DNA of 63,914 bases, filler included, from Octopus bimaculoides (taxonomy: Eukaryota): the NCBI RefSeq assembly GCF_001194135.2. It is 8 parts of 7 records of this genome, joined end to end, with 100 filler letters (N's around TTAATTAATTAA, not from the genome) between each part and the next. Parts side by side here need not be neighbours in the genome. Positions count along the whole stretch, not along the records: positions 28,486 to 43,150 come from NC_068985.1; positions 43,251 to 56,151 come from NC_068989.1; 6 more parts are not named here. The stretch is one strand, 5' to 3'. How positions within the stretch are numbered: the stretch's first letter is position 1; the number at the start of each line of letters is the position of its first letter. A program made the translations under genes and the position numbers. Positions 38,714 to 51,236 of the stretch are shown here, one piece after another. The notes under the pieces were generated by a model, which saw nothing but the letters and a program-made list of their open reading frames with translations, had not been told where the DNA came from and did no database searches.

Positions 38714-38899
38714 CATCTTTAAAAATAGGGATCCATCGATGCGTAATGACAAGTTAGATTTCTTTCTAGAAACTAGCATTGAATTAGATAGGTGGAAGAT
38801 CCTCACCGACGAACACCTTGTACAGGCTTCGACTTCTAAACAGGGAGGAAATGGTTTGGGTGAGTTGTTTACGCCTTTCTTGAAGGCTTTGGTAGTCAA
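38714..38899 (+). CDS. Candidate orphan coding exon (186 nt, phase 2-2; alternative donor after 38859)
   Basis: Acceptor CTGTTCTTTCAG, donors TGG|GTGAGT and CAA|GTAAGT. Only one + frame is open: IFKNRDPSMRNDKLDFFLETSIELDRWKILTDEHLVQASTSKQGGNGLG... Confidence 0.45.
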
Positions 38900-39059
38900 G
38901 TAAGTGCAATGCTTTTAGTTGAGAAATTAAATTGATAATAGACTAAATTATCCGGAAAACTATCGCCACTAGTTTTTCATCACAACTTTCTATTAACTTG
39001 TTTACTTCCACCACACATCGAAATAAAACAATATCGTAAAAGAGGAGCAACACGAACTT

Positions 39060-39530
39060 AGAACTCTTTAAGGTGGTTACAAACGCTAACCATCACCATT
39101 TCCTGGTGATTGTGCATTATCAACATGGCTAAGAATACAGCAAAAAATACTTCAGTCCACAACAACTACTTTTTACTGAAACAACGTGAGCAACAATGGA
39201 TATATTGCTCCCACATTTAGAGCGGTACTGTTGTTTGTTACACATACAGGCATCCCAGACACTACATCCAAAACAAGAGAGCCATTCGGCTAATTAGCAG
39301 GAAGTCGTAAAACTCCCTGAAACTGTTACATAATCAGCGATAGAAAAAGACAAAATTATTGAAGGAATGTATCGTCGATCATCATGATTTAATTTTTCTT
39401 CTGTTTCTTACCTCCTCCTCCCATTATCGATAGCAAATATTCCCAGAGATTGCCGTTAATCAAACATGCCTCAATTCTGCAAGCATTTAATTAGCAGGTT
39501 TCGATCCCTTATCAGTAAAAAGTGATGTAT
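39060..39530 (+). mobile_element. Highly decayed CR1/Jockey-like LINE 3' fragment
   Basis: Residual YCSHI*SG and KRAIRLI resemble the EYCSHIW and KRAxRLI motifs downstream of RT. Confidence 0.35.
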
Positions 39531-39579
39531 AAAACTTGGAATCGACTATTGATAACCTCGTGAGAGTCGTTACTGAAAG

Positions 39580-39636
<57 letters not shown>

Positions 39637-39653
39637 TATANNNNNNNNNNNNN

Positions 39654-39988
39654 TAAAGTGTCATCTAAATTACACAAAAATGAAAATAACACTGACATTT
39701 CATTTTAACAGATACATTTACCAAACTTACATAAAAATATCTAGAAATACTAGCGAGTAAATTTATTCAATAAAATCGCCATTGGCTTCAACCACGGCCT
39801 CCAGATGACTTCGGAATCTCCTACAACTCTTCTGGACGGTCTCCTTGTCTAAGTCGGTGAATGCTGCCATAATCCTTGCCTTCAGTTCATCTTTGGTGTT
39901 ATAAGGAGTTTTGTTGGTCTCTCGTTCAACTGATCCCCACACATAATAATAATCAAGGGGGTTACAATGTGAGGTGTTAGGTGGCCAG

Positions 39989-39990
<2 letters not shown>
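39654..39990 (-). mobile_element. Tc1/mariner (maT/DD37D-like) transposase C-terminal fragment
   Basis: WPPNTSHCNPLDYYYVWGSVERETNKTPYNTKDELKARI...RFRSHLEAVVEANGDFIE*. Confidence 0.8.
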
Positions 39991-40044
<54 letters not shown>

Positions 40045-40425
40045 CTGACTAAGCCCTCCCAGCCGGTGCCCCAGCACGACCGCAGTCCAATGACTGAAAT
40101 CATTAAAAGCATGGAGATATTTGTGTATTCTCGAGTGAACCTGTGCGAGTATGTGTGTATGCGTGTATGTGTGTATGCGTGTATGTGAGTGTGGGGGTGT
40201 GCGTGTGTAGTATCAATCTTCCTCTCATTTTGATACTAGGGTTGTTTATCTTTGCGTTTGTTTGTGTTTTAGTTTACTTTTTTCCATCAGATTCATAGAT
40301 AACAAAACATTAATCTTAAACTCAATATGAAAGGAAAATTAAATATACTACACTTCGTGTATGTACACGGATTAATTCTATTATCTGCAGACAAGTTTTG
40401 AGACGTGCTCACACAAACACACACA

Positions 40426-40478
<53 letters not shown>

Positions 40479-41569
40479 TTCCTCATTATAGTTTCATGGA
40501 AATTCAATTCAAACATTTGTTCTTCAAAGTTATGTTTAATTGGCATAAGACATAAGGCTACGGGATATCTTGGGATAAAACGTCAAATCAAAATGTAGTT
40601 GTTTCATGTTGTGTGTACCGGATACAGTACAGAAGGTTTACAGGATCAGATGAAATACAGTGGATAATTGAATAAAATTTCAAATCGAATTAAGTTATTC
40701 AAAGTCGTATAGAATTGGTCATAGAATATGATGTTACAATAATGTTGAAATAAAATAAAAAGAATCCCTTTGTATGCGTATAATATAAGAGAGTTAATTT
40801 TATTTTCGTTTCATGTTCAACACTGTATATTAAATTATTAAGTCTCTCCTTAATGGAGAAAACTAAAATAAAAAGGGGTAAAAGCCCAGGTACTGAAATT
40901 AGAAGTGAAAGAGTAATACGGCATAACAACGACCTGGTGAATGTAAGTCACATTCTGAGCCATGAAATAAAGTCGTAAAGATGTTCATCAACATCAGAAA
41001 TATGACCTCTACGTGGTCATTCGACCTTCAAGAAATAACTGCCAAAATTTCATCAGATTACATCCTACATCTTAAAAACGAAACATGCTGGATAATATTG
41101 TCAAGAGTATATTTTTGTTGGAAAAGACATGATGTTTTCATGGATTGAATGTGATACATAAAAGGTCGGCTTTATCAGAGCTTAACTAAGGTTAAACAAC
41201 ATAAATACTCTATGACTATTTATGCTGTTCAGGCCTAAGTAGCGGTCTTCATGCATAAATAGCCGAAAACTATTTGTCTGAAGACGTCGAAATGGCAGAG
41301 TCGTTTGAGCGTTGGATAGCATGCCTTACAGTTTTTCTTCCTTCTCCCTATGACCTGAGTTCAAACACCGCCGATGTCCACTTTGTCTTTCATATTTGCA
41401 GAATCGGTGAAAAAGTACAAATCTAAGGTGACTGATTTGGCGGAATCGTTAGAGGATCAAGTATGTCTTGATACTTATTCTGATGCTAAGCTGTACCGGC
41501 CTACGTCGATGGCCTTTTCTTTGGATAAACAATGGTGCAGTAAAGGAAGCAGTCTTTTGTTGTGTTACT

Positions 41570-42905
41570 GCTTGTATTGTGTGTTGAGTGTGTAATGGTT
41601 TGGTGTTCTGGCTTGCTGGTCGAAGCTTATTTCACTGTGTAAATGATGTATAGAGTGTGTCTTTTATTTGTGGGTTGTTTCGTTTAGGTTGTATTATTGG
41701 ATTGATAGTGCCTTTCGTAGGATGCAGGGCTATTTTTCGGATAGCGTGTAGTATTGAGGATCCAGGTATGGCTTCTACATTTTTTTTCATATGTTCTTTT
41801 ATCATGCCCAATACTCCGACTATTATTATTGGTATTGATTTTACCTTCATGCCCCACATTTTAAATACTTCAATTTCGAGGTCTTTGTACTTTGACAATT
41901 TCTCCACTTCTTTTTTGACAATATTTTGATCAGAAGGGACTGCAATGTTTATCTGTAAGCAGGTATTTTTTCCTCAATCCTTGACCATTATGTTTGAACG
42001 ATTAGCTTTTATTTCTTTGTCGGTTTGAACCGGCATATCCCAAATAATTGTGGTCTAGTGGTCGTCTTGTATCTTGTTTGGCACATACTTATACCACCTG
42101 TTGTCAATTTTGATGTTGTAATGTTGGCATATTGTTCAGTGGATATAATTGCTTACTCTTTCGTGTCAGTATATATATTCAGACTTAGCAAGGACTGAGT
42201 AGCCCGAAATGATGTGGGCAACTGTCTCATTGTGCTGGTTGTACATTCTGCATTTGGTGTTGAAGCCTGTTTTCATTATTTTGCTTTTATAATTGTTTGT
42301 AGTCAGGCATTGGTCTTGTGCAACGAGAATCAGTCCTTCCGTTACGGCTTTTAGTCCAGAGCTTTGAGCCGTTCTTGGCCTTTACTTAGGCTCATCTCCT
42401 CTCTGTCAAACCTTGCAGGATATTGGCCATGAAGTGACTTTCTCTCCATTTGTTGGGTACCTTGTCTATTCCTGGAGTTTTCCAGTTGTTGGTACTCCTC
42501 AGTGTGTCCATGATCTCTTGGCTTGTGATGGTAGGTCATATCTGTTGTGTTCTTCCTTTCTTTTTCCCTATTAATCTACGGAACATTTTTGTTGTGTTTT
42601 TCTTTTTTCTTTTTTTGTTTGGTTTGCTCCATATTGTTTCCAAGTATGACTGAATCGCTGATGTTGTTGGCATTGCATCTATTGATATAATTTTTTTGTT
42701 GAACTTTCTATAAAAACTTTTTGTGTTTAATTTGAATTCTCTATCTTATTAGAAGAAGCGTTCCCGTTTTTCATACCTTTTTATGCGGCAAGTTTTTGCT
42801 ACTATGCCGTTTAATTTTTCCTTTTATCTCTCAGGTATCTTCTTTAGTTTTTATGTTGTATTGTTTTGATTTATGGGTCTTTTTTATATTTTTCATATTT
42901 GATCC
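41570..42905 (-). mobile_element. Dong/R4-clade LINE, internally deleted (RT missing)
   Basis: The pre-RT segment RIKRYEKRERFF...FYRKF...IWSK joins to KSLHGQY, a decayed zinc knuckle (KCR...ETVAHIISG), WDMPVQTDKEIKANR, KLSKYKDLEIE and a frameshifted LRKALSIQ*. Confidence 0.85.
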
Positions 42906-42917
42906 CGTTTTATTTTT

Positions 42918-42936
42918 ATTATTATTATTATTATTA

Positions 42937-42971
<35 letters not shown>

Positions 42972-43150
42972 TAGTTTTATTTTTATAACGTGCTTTCACT
43001 TCACTACCGAGCGCAGCTCTGTGCGCCTTGGGTATGTGCTGTGGTTTGCTGTGGTGCTCTTATGTTTACTGTATTGAAAGTGTTTTGCGTAGAATGTGTG
43101 CAGTACCCAGTAGTGCAATTTTCTGTATGTTATATATATTTGTAAGTCCT
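42918..43150 (-). mobile_element. Dong/R4-clade LINE 3' end with (AAT)n tail
   Basis: GLTNIYNIQKIALLGTAHILRKTLSIQ*, 3'UTR, then (AAT)n on the minus strand. Confidence 0.85.
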
Positions 43151-43250
43151 NNNNNNNNNNNNNNNNNNNNNNNNNNNNNNNNNNNNNNNNNNNNTTAATT
43201 AATTAANNNNNNNNNNNNNNNNNNNNNNNNNNNNNNNNNNNNNNNNNNNN
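43151..43250. other. Artificial scaffold join
   Basis: 44 N + TTAATTAATTAA + 44 N. Confidence 0.95.
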
Positions 43251-43577
43251 AGCAGCCTGGTTTCGAGAACATCAGGAATTTTTCGAAATTTTAGAACTGT
43301 ATAAGAAATTCATGAAGAAAAATCTAAATTTCGAATATCTGAATATTAAAGTTATAAGTTTTAAAATAGTTAAATGTATTGAAATTATGTTTGATAGTAT
43401 TTTAGCTTTACATTAATTTAATGACAAGATAGAAACAAGAAATTGTATATTCTAATCAATGTCCATAAAGGCATAAATGACCTAAGTAAAGTGAAAAGGC
43501 GGTCGCTAGGAATCAGAATCGAAGTAAGGATACGGTTCATTAGTGCAAATTATGTAACATTAAACAACCATGCTTAC

Positions 43578-44249
43578 CTTCACAATATTTTCCTTTAAAG
43601 TTAAGTGGGCATTGGCAACGGAATTGGTTGGCATTTTGGATGCAGGTTCCTCCGTTAAGACAAGGGCGAGACGGACAATACGGTGGAGTACGTACAGTAC
43701 AAATAGTGCCAGACCATCCATTAACACACTTACAATTGAAGCCATATGGTCCTAATCTGCTACACTGGCCGTTGTTTTGACAAGGATTTGGGGTGCATAG
43801 ATTGATTACAACCTCGCATATCTGTCCAGTCCAGCCTGGTGGACAGTGACAAGTAAAGCTGTTTCCGTTAGGATAGCACTGTCCACCGTTCAAACAGGGG
43901 CTACCTGAACAAGACGCAGTGGGAATCGAACAGAGTTTACCAGTCCAACCTTGGCGACATATGCAAGTGATTTGATTGTTTACTATCTGACAAAATCCAC
44001 CATTTTGACAAATATTTGGTGAACAAACTGCTTTTTCACATCGTCGTCCTGTGAATCCAATAGGGCAATGGCAAGTGAATTGAACTCCACTTTGATAGCA
44101 TGTTCCTCCATTTTGACAGGGTGAGGTTTGACAGGAAGTAGTGGGATGTTCACAACGAGCACCGTAAAAGTTAGGAAGACAATGGCACATAAATGAGGTT
44201 CCCGCATTCGAACATTGACCACCGTTCATACAAGGTGTTGACGAACATG
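43578..44249 (-). CDS. DSL-EGF cassette 2: 672-nt exon with 6 EGF repeats
   Basis: Acceptor TTCTTTCAG, donor AAG|GTAAGC, phase 1-1, open frame ACSSTPC...KGKYCEG. Paralogous to 51237-52238. Confidence 0.9.
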
Positions 44250-45807
44250 CTGAAAGAACAAGATTCAAAACAAAATAGGATAAATTAACAGAATTAATCT
44301 ACTTAATTTACTGTTTAATAAAACAACATTCACTAAATCCATAAATGCCTTACTAAAGTACAAACGCAGAAAAGATTCAGTTTTGTAAATAAGATAATAT
44401 TGTGTGTGTTTTTCATTTTGTTCTAAATTACAACTTGGTTGCAATGCTAGCACACTTAAGACGTCTTATAACTAATTATAACTATGGCAGACCTGTTTCC
44501 TACACTATTATCGTTATTGAGTAAAAATCACTATCCGATCAGTATGATTGATTTACAATTACTAATTTAGCCTACAGGTCATCTACAAAATGTCAACAAT
44601 TATTCTCAAATAGAAATGTAATTAAGATAAAACATTTGATAACAGAAATAAAGATGTATTAAGTAAACGACTGCCAGACAACTTAATAATAATATATTTC
44701 ACTTCGTTTTGTGATTTTTGTGTTTTACTTTTCTAAATATCTTTTTGTACCACGTAATCCCAATACCGAAATTAATATACAATGCGGTATTCAATGCAAT
44801 TGCGAATATAGGCTTTATTTGTTGGTAGAAATTTGGTTATGTGAGATCCAGATATCACTCAGTATGGAATGTGTCTCCCATATCTATGTTGGATACCATT
44901 AATCTCTGACTTCTTTGGATGCTTATAGATGTATTTCAGCTTATTAGAAATCTTCAAATCTCACCGCTTGCTAGTTCGTTTTAGCTGAAATAGTGAAATT
45001 CTTAACTTGCAAGATGAATCTTCTTCCTCACATCTCCGAGTTGCACACGTGTCATGCTCACGTGTTCCACTTTAAATCCCGCTTCTACCTCTTAAACCCA
45101 ATCAACATATTACAAAGAGTAATTATAAGGACTATTTACCTCACCAATGTTAAAGTGCTATACACTAATCCCTCTAGCGAATGGTGGAAATCCACGAAGT
45201 ACGAGCAGTACTGTATATTTATAATATTATTTTTATAATTTGTATATATTTATTTTATAAATGAATTTATGTTGTAAATGCAAAAACAACACTACGTTAG
45301 CTTAAATAATAAACTGTAATAAACTGTAATAGGTGAACGACGATATGGCGAGAAATTACTGTATTATTCATTTAAATGCTTCGCTGTAAATAGGTATTAT
45401 GTAGCAGTGTAGGTTTCTGTTGTAAGGAGCAGGAGCCCTGTATAACAAGGAATGTTCTATTTGCTTGCAATTATGTGCGTCTGTCGTGATTACAGCTCAG
45501 ACAGACGTTTTTTTTTTAAACAGTAGATAATACATCCTTGATTAATGCAACAGTCATGAATAATTAAGGTATTTATGGTGGTAAAAAATTGATTGGATGA
45601 CTGATTTTCGATGACTCAGTTTTAGATCACCGGGAATCTAAAGTGTGAGTGAGCAAATTCGATATAATCGAAGTGCTAGCTAACCCCATAGAAAATCCAA
45701 GGCCGAAATTGGTCCACATTTTATTGGATCCAGGAAGCCAAAGGGAGAACTGATCTAGGCGGGATTTGAATTCATGATGTAAAGAGACAGAAATAATATA
45801 CACGTAC

Positions 45808-45870
45808 CATCGGCATTGCAGAATGGACCAATTAAACCAGGCTTGCAGACTTTTTCACCTTCAGAATTAC
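45808..45870 (-). CDS. DSL-EGF cassette 2: 3' part of the DSL exon (5' part lost in the N gap)
   Basis: (C)NSEGEKVCKPGLIGPFCNAD, donor ATG|GTACGT. Paralogous to the end of 55469-55613. Confidence 0.85.
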
Positions 45871-46875
45871 NNNNNNNNNNNNNNNNNNNNNNNNNNNNNN
45901 NNNNNNNNNNNNNNNNNNNNNNNNNNNNNNNNNNNNNNNNNNNNNNNNNNNNNNNNNNNNNNNNNNNNNNCAGCTATCAAGAAGGTAACTACTGTCTTTT
46001 ACAAAAAATGTAAAACACGATGAACAGCAAAAGCTTCCTCATAACCAAATTGTTCTGTTGTGGTTATGAAGCCTCAAGTCAGTCCTCATCCAGCAGACCA
46101 AGAACTAAAAACATTCCAGCTACACTTGACAAGTTCTTTGTTAAGACAATGCATATCTAGGACTAGACTGCATTGTTCAATATTTGCTTCCTCGCATTGA
46201 ATAATGTAATTTGAGAGAGATTTAGTGCCTAACAGTGGGAGCTTCTATGTTGTCAACTAATTGTATGATGGAGGATTCAAAATTATAACTGCTTATATAT
46301 TTAAAACCGTCTGTATAGTATATTAAAGTGTATTGAGAATAAATATAGAGTAAGTGTGTTCAAAATACATATCATCGTGTGATCCCAGCACTGGTTCTGA
46401 TATTTATGTGACAGTGAAGAACCCACAAAGAAAACTTGATTGGAAAGGATGGGAAAATATATAAAGAGAAATAAAGGCAAAAAAAACAAGAAAAAAACAA
46501 AGACATACTGTTAGAATTAGCCTGGTAATTTGTTTATTTCATTTTCATAGCAATATTAATTCATCTAATCTGAAATGGGTTCTGTTGTTTCATTTATTGG
46601 ATATGTAGTACATAAATTTGGTTGCAAATGCTTCCAGAAGAATTATGACAAAGAACCACAGGATAAAGCATATGAATTAGATAGAAATATTAATACATTA
46701 ATGATGAAGCATATATATGTATGTTTACTGAGAAAATAATCGCAGTAGAAAACCGATATTCCTTAATATATGTGAAAAAAATTAAAACCGTTATTAACAT
46801 ATGGTAGAATGGATTCTTCATATTCTCATACTGTAGGGGAAATTATTTGGAATAACTGAAATTCTGTTTCCTTGT

Positions 46876-47051
46876 TTATTTTCCAAAATTACAGTTGGCT
46901 CTGTATTGCCAATCACACACTTTCAAGACATTGTTGAAGTGCAAGTTTCCAGGGCAATCCTTTCTGTAGGCAGTACTCCAGTCACACTGATAAAAATGTC
47001 TGCAGCTTTGTGGGTCAGGGAAAAGACCTGTAGGTTCAGGACATTTGAAGC
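46876..47051 (-). CDS. Terminal exon: chitin-binding type-2 (CBM14/peritrophin-A) domain
   Basis: Acceptor TTTTTTTTCTTTTTCACAAG, phase 1. GFKCPEPTGLFPDPQSCRHFYQCDWSTAYRKDCPGNLHFNNVLKVCDWQYRANCNFGK* shows six-Cys CBM14 spacing with conserved aromatics. Confidence 0.92.
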
Positions 47052-49139
47052 CTTGTGAAAAAGAAAAAAAATGTAAATAAAATTGATTTTTATTACAAGT
47101 GTCGAATAAATGAATGTCAATTATATATAACTGATGATTAAGTAAACATTTATCGATGATCACATTTATCTAATTGATGATACTGGCAACATGAGGTGTG
47201 TGTATATATGTATGTACATATGCATAGATGTACATATCTATATATATATGTATCTATGTGTGTGTGCATGCATGCTTGTGTCTCCACGTTTTGCTACTGC
47301 ATGAATGTTATACATGAGTGCCACTTTCATACAAGAAGTGTTATTCATTTCCAGTATCCTGTGAAAACATGTCTGGCTGTCAGGAAATATTATTTTACTT
47401 GGAGACAGGAGTGGGTTGGCAGCAAAAAAGGTTTTGAGCTGTAGAAAATCTGACAGATGCAAGGTCTAATCTACCTGCCTGACCTATGCAAGCATGGAAA
47501 AGGGGATGTTAAAACAATAACGATGAATTGCTTTAATTGCTTTTGGAAATCCAAATCATTTCGTAAGAGAGACTGGTCCCTTTTTATCCCTTTGAAAATA
47601 CAAACAATTCTACATAACAACATGGATGTTCATTACACACGGATGAAGCTTAATGATCAACACACACACAAACACACGTACAAGTGTGTATTAATCAGAA
47701 AATAATGCATAATGGCTGTGTAAGTTNNNNNNNNNNAATCAGAAAATAATGCATAATGGCTGTGTAAGTTCCATACACTGAAATGAGTATAAACACCACA
47801 AAAATAAACCAAATAAAATCATCTTCGTCAACTCGTCATCTCAATTCATTTAAATTAGTGTTTCTCAACTAATCTCCGTCTATGGACCTTCTAGATTCCT
47901 ATTTCATTCAGGTGGACCCTGACAAACATTTGATGTTTAAAAAATCCTATTATATTATTATCATTAAATGATATTAGAAATTATATAAAATGATTGTTAA
48001 GATATTTTGGGCATTGTAGAAATATAACTGATTTATTGCACATAAATTTTAACAACAGAATCATATATGGACTCTCAAGGGTTATATGGAGTCTGGTTGA
48101 GAACGACTGATGAAGATAAAACAGGAGGAAGAGTTAAGCCATCTTAGTCAGTGACTAAAATATATTTGCATATTCATTGAAATGACTTGGGAAATTTCAA
48201 AATGAATATATATTTTTCTTTTCTGCCTCTGTGTTTAAAAAAAAATTATTAACTTTATAATTTTTGTGAACAGTATTTTGATAGTGAAACCTTTTAACCA
48301 AAACATACTAGCTGTCAGTATCAGAATAGTTGGTCAGAACGTTATATTTCTTTCATATTTAACCCCCCTCCCCACATGACCCCATTGTAAAATGATTACA
48401 CTCAACAAGAATCTTTTAATCTAATCAGCAGATTTATTATCAGAGTGTTAGCACTAAGTAGTGTTTAGGTATAAATAGGTAGTGACATATTTCAACTGCT
48501 AAAAGGCAAATACACTGCTGTTACCGTGAAGAACATATCTTTCTTATGGTAAAAACACGTGAAAATACCCGGTTCATTCAGTGTCATTATCTAGTAGGAA
48601 TCCAAGACACTAATGTTTCAAGCTTCTTGGCTCTTGTTGGTGAGATGTACCTTAGAGAGGCAACACTGCACGAACGTATAAAGCCATAGTTCTATGTATA
48701 ATCCAGTCAACACGACTGATTTGCCCTAGCAGATCACCCAATCGAGGTAAATAAATTTTTAGCATTAAGCAGTGTTTAGGCATAAGCAGAATGTAGGTTA
48801 TTTGAAATATGTTGAAATCTATTATTAATCCCCTACCGCTCTGTTTTATTCGTTTTGCCATACCATACATCAACTCGAATGTATTTACATCTTTGTTCAG
48901 TATGCTTCATTATCTCATCTGTTTGAATTTTTCCTCTTAATAGATTTACCTCAAGAGAATCATCTGTTTGTTGAATGCCCAGCTTGAAGGTACTAACCTA
49001 AAATCATTTAAATTCATTGAACTAATGACACTCTATTTTCTCAATTCTCAGGCAGGTGAAAACGGTGCTCTAAATGGTTATTGGCAGGGCAGTTTTTTCC
49101 TATTCTTATCACGACATTAAAAAATTGGTATTATTTAAT

Positions 49140-50064
49140 TCTTTCACCCGCACGATTTTAACTAAGAAAAAGGAAAAAAGTCGGAATTTTTTTTGCATGG
49201 AATTTAGTACCCTAACCTCCTAATATGCTGCAAACCCTTTATTTTTGTTCAGACAAAAAGGAGTGGGGGACCGGACAACCTCCCCCCCCCCATATATCGG
49301 AATCATTGGAATTTCTTTTTTCTGTTGAATGAATTCCGGTGACCTCCTAATATCCTACAAAACCCTTTTTGGGGTCCGGAAAACGGGGTGGCGTGAGGTG
49401 GAAGCCTCGGGAATTTCAGACCCTCCACGCACTCCCACCCCCATTGATCTTTTCACCCACACGATTTTCACTAAGAAAAAAACTCAGGTTTTTTGCGTGG
49501 AATCAAGTACCCTGACCTCCTAATATGCTGCAAATTCCTTATGTTTGTTCGGAAAAAAGGGGGTAGGAAAAAAGATAATTTTGTTTTAATATTACACTTT
49601 TACTTCGATTCACACATACAAGCAAAAACTCTAACGTTTTTTTTTTTAGATGAATTTATCGTTCGTTATCTCTCCGCACACTTCATTACCACTAACTTCT
49701 ATAACCTCTACAGTTTCACTTATTCATTTCAACAATCAATGTAGTTCACACTCTCTCGAAAACGTATTTCTGCAAAATATTATCTAAAATGATTGGTGAA
49801 GAAAGAAATAGGCTTCCATCTAACCCCATCTCGTTTTCCGGACCTAAAAAGGGTTTTGTAGCACATTAAGAGGTCACTGGAATTCATTCAGCGAAAAAAA
49901 AAAATCCAATGATTCCGGGATATGGAGGGAAGTGTCCGGTTTCCCCACCCTTTTTCCGAACAAAAATAAGGAGTTTGCAGTATATTAGGAGGTCAGGGTA
50001 CTTGATTACACGTAAAACAATCCGAGTTATTTTTTTCCTTAGTGAATATCGTGCGGGTAAAAGG
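49140..50064. mobile_element. Foldback element with ~245-bp inverted arms inside the EGF-CBM14 intron
   Basis: 49140-49385 is the reverse complement of ~49826-50064. A third partial direct copy lies at ~49443-49565. Confidence 0.75.
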
Positions 50065-51236
50065 AGCGAAATTTACCAAAAACTTTACTCATGTGAACGC
50101 ATAATCATTAAGGTGCGGGTGGTCAGTTTGAAAACCGCCAGATGAAATGATCAGAATAAATGTTAATTATCTCCGCAAATCAAATAGGGAAAATGCTGAA
50201 ATTTAGCAATAAATTAAAGGTACTGTACTTATTTGGCTGGTGGACTGGTACTGCAAAAGAATAATATAAATCAAAAGTCATATTAGTTTCATTTATACAC
50301 ACATACGTACGTACACACACAAACACATAACACACTACTAACATAAAATTACATGCACTCATATTACCCAGTAAACGAAGTTTAGGTGATGGTTTCATGA
50401 GATGAAAACGGTCATAAACCTAGTAAGTCTCAAAACTGGGAAACGTTTTTAACTAAGATTAATCTTGGATTAAGAAGCAAAATTTCCTCCACTAATATCT
50501 AAAATAAAAAAAAAAAATTTTTAAATAGTAAGGGAGAGAACTCCAATAGCTGCAAGTCTACCGCTGGTATTTGTTTTAGCATGCGGAATGCTTCCCTGAT
50601 ATATTTCCGTTAGTTCCTTTAATACAATTAACTTGGTATATCTGTTTATTGCATTTATGAGTTCTATTCTTATTCAAAGCAGCAAGACAATTTTAAAGTT
50701 CAATGGAGGCAAATTTTTCCAGCAATATTCAAATGAAAGGTTTATACGTGCAATAAACAAAAGCGATTTGAATTAGTCGTTTTCAGAGGCTGGAAGAAGG
50801 TAATGACCGACTAAGCAGCCTGGTTTCGAGAACATCAGGAATTTTTCGAAATTTTAGAACTGTATAAGAAATTCATGAAGAAAAATCTAAATTTCGAATA
50901 TCTGAATATTAAAGTTATTATAAGTTTTAAAATAGTTAAATGTATTGAAATTATGTTTGATAGTATTTTAGCTTTACATTAATTTATGACAAGANNNNNN
51001 NNNNNNNNNNNNNNNNNNNNNNNNNNNNNNNNNNNNNNNNNNNNNNNNNNNNNNNNNNNNNNNNNNNNNNNNNNNNNNNNNNNNNNNNNNNNNNNNNNNN
51101 NNNNNNNNNNNNNNNNNNNNNNNNNNNNNNNNNNNNNNNNNNNNNNNNNNNNNNNNNNNNNNNNNNNNNNNNNNNNNNNNNNNNNNNNNNNNNNNNCACT
51201 AGTGCAAATTATGTAACATTAAACAGCTATGCTTAC

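Noticed and set aside
47694-47770. Exact 34-bp tandem duplication around a 10-N gap (similar at 26655-26805)
   Set aside because: Unmerged contig overlap artefact.
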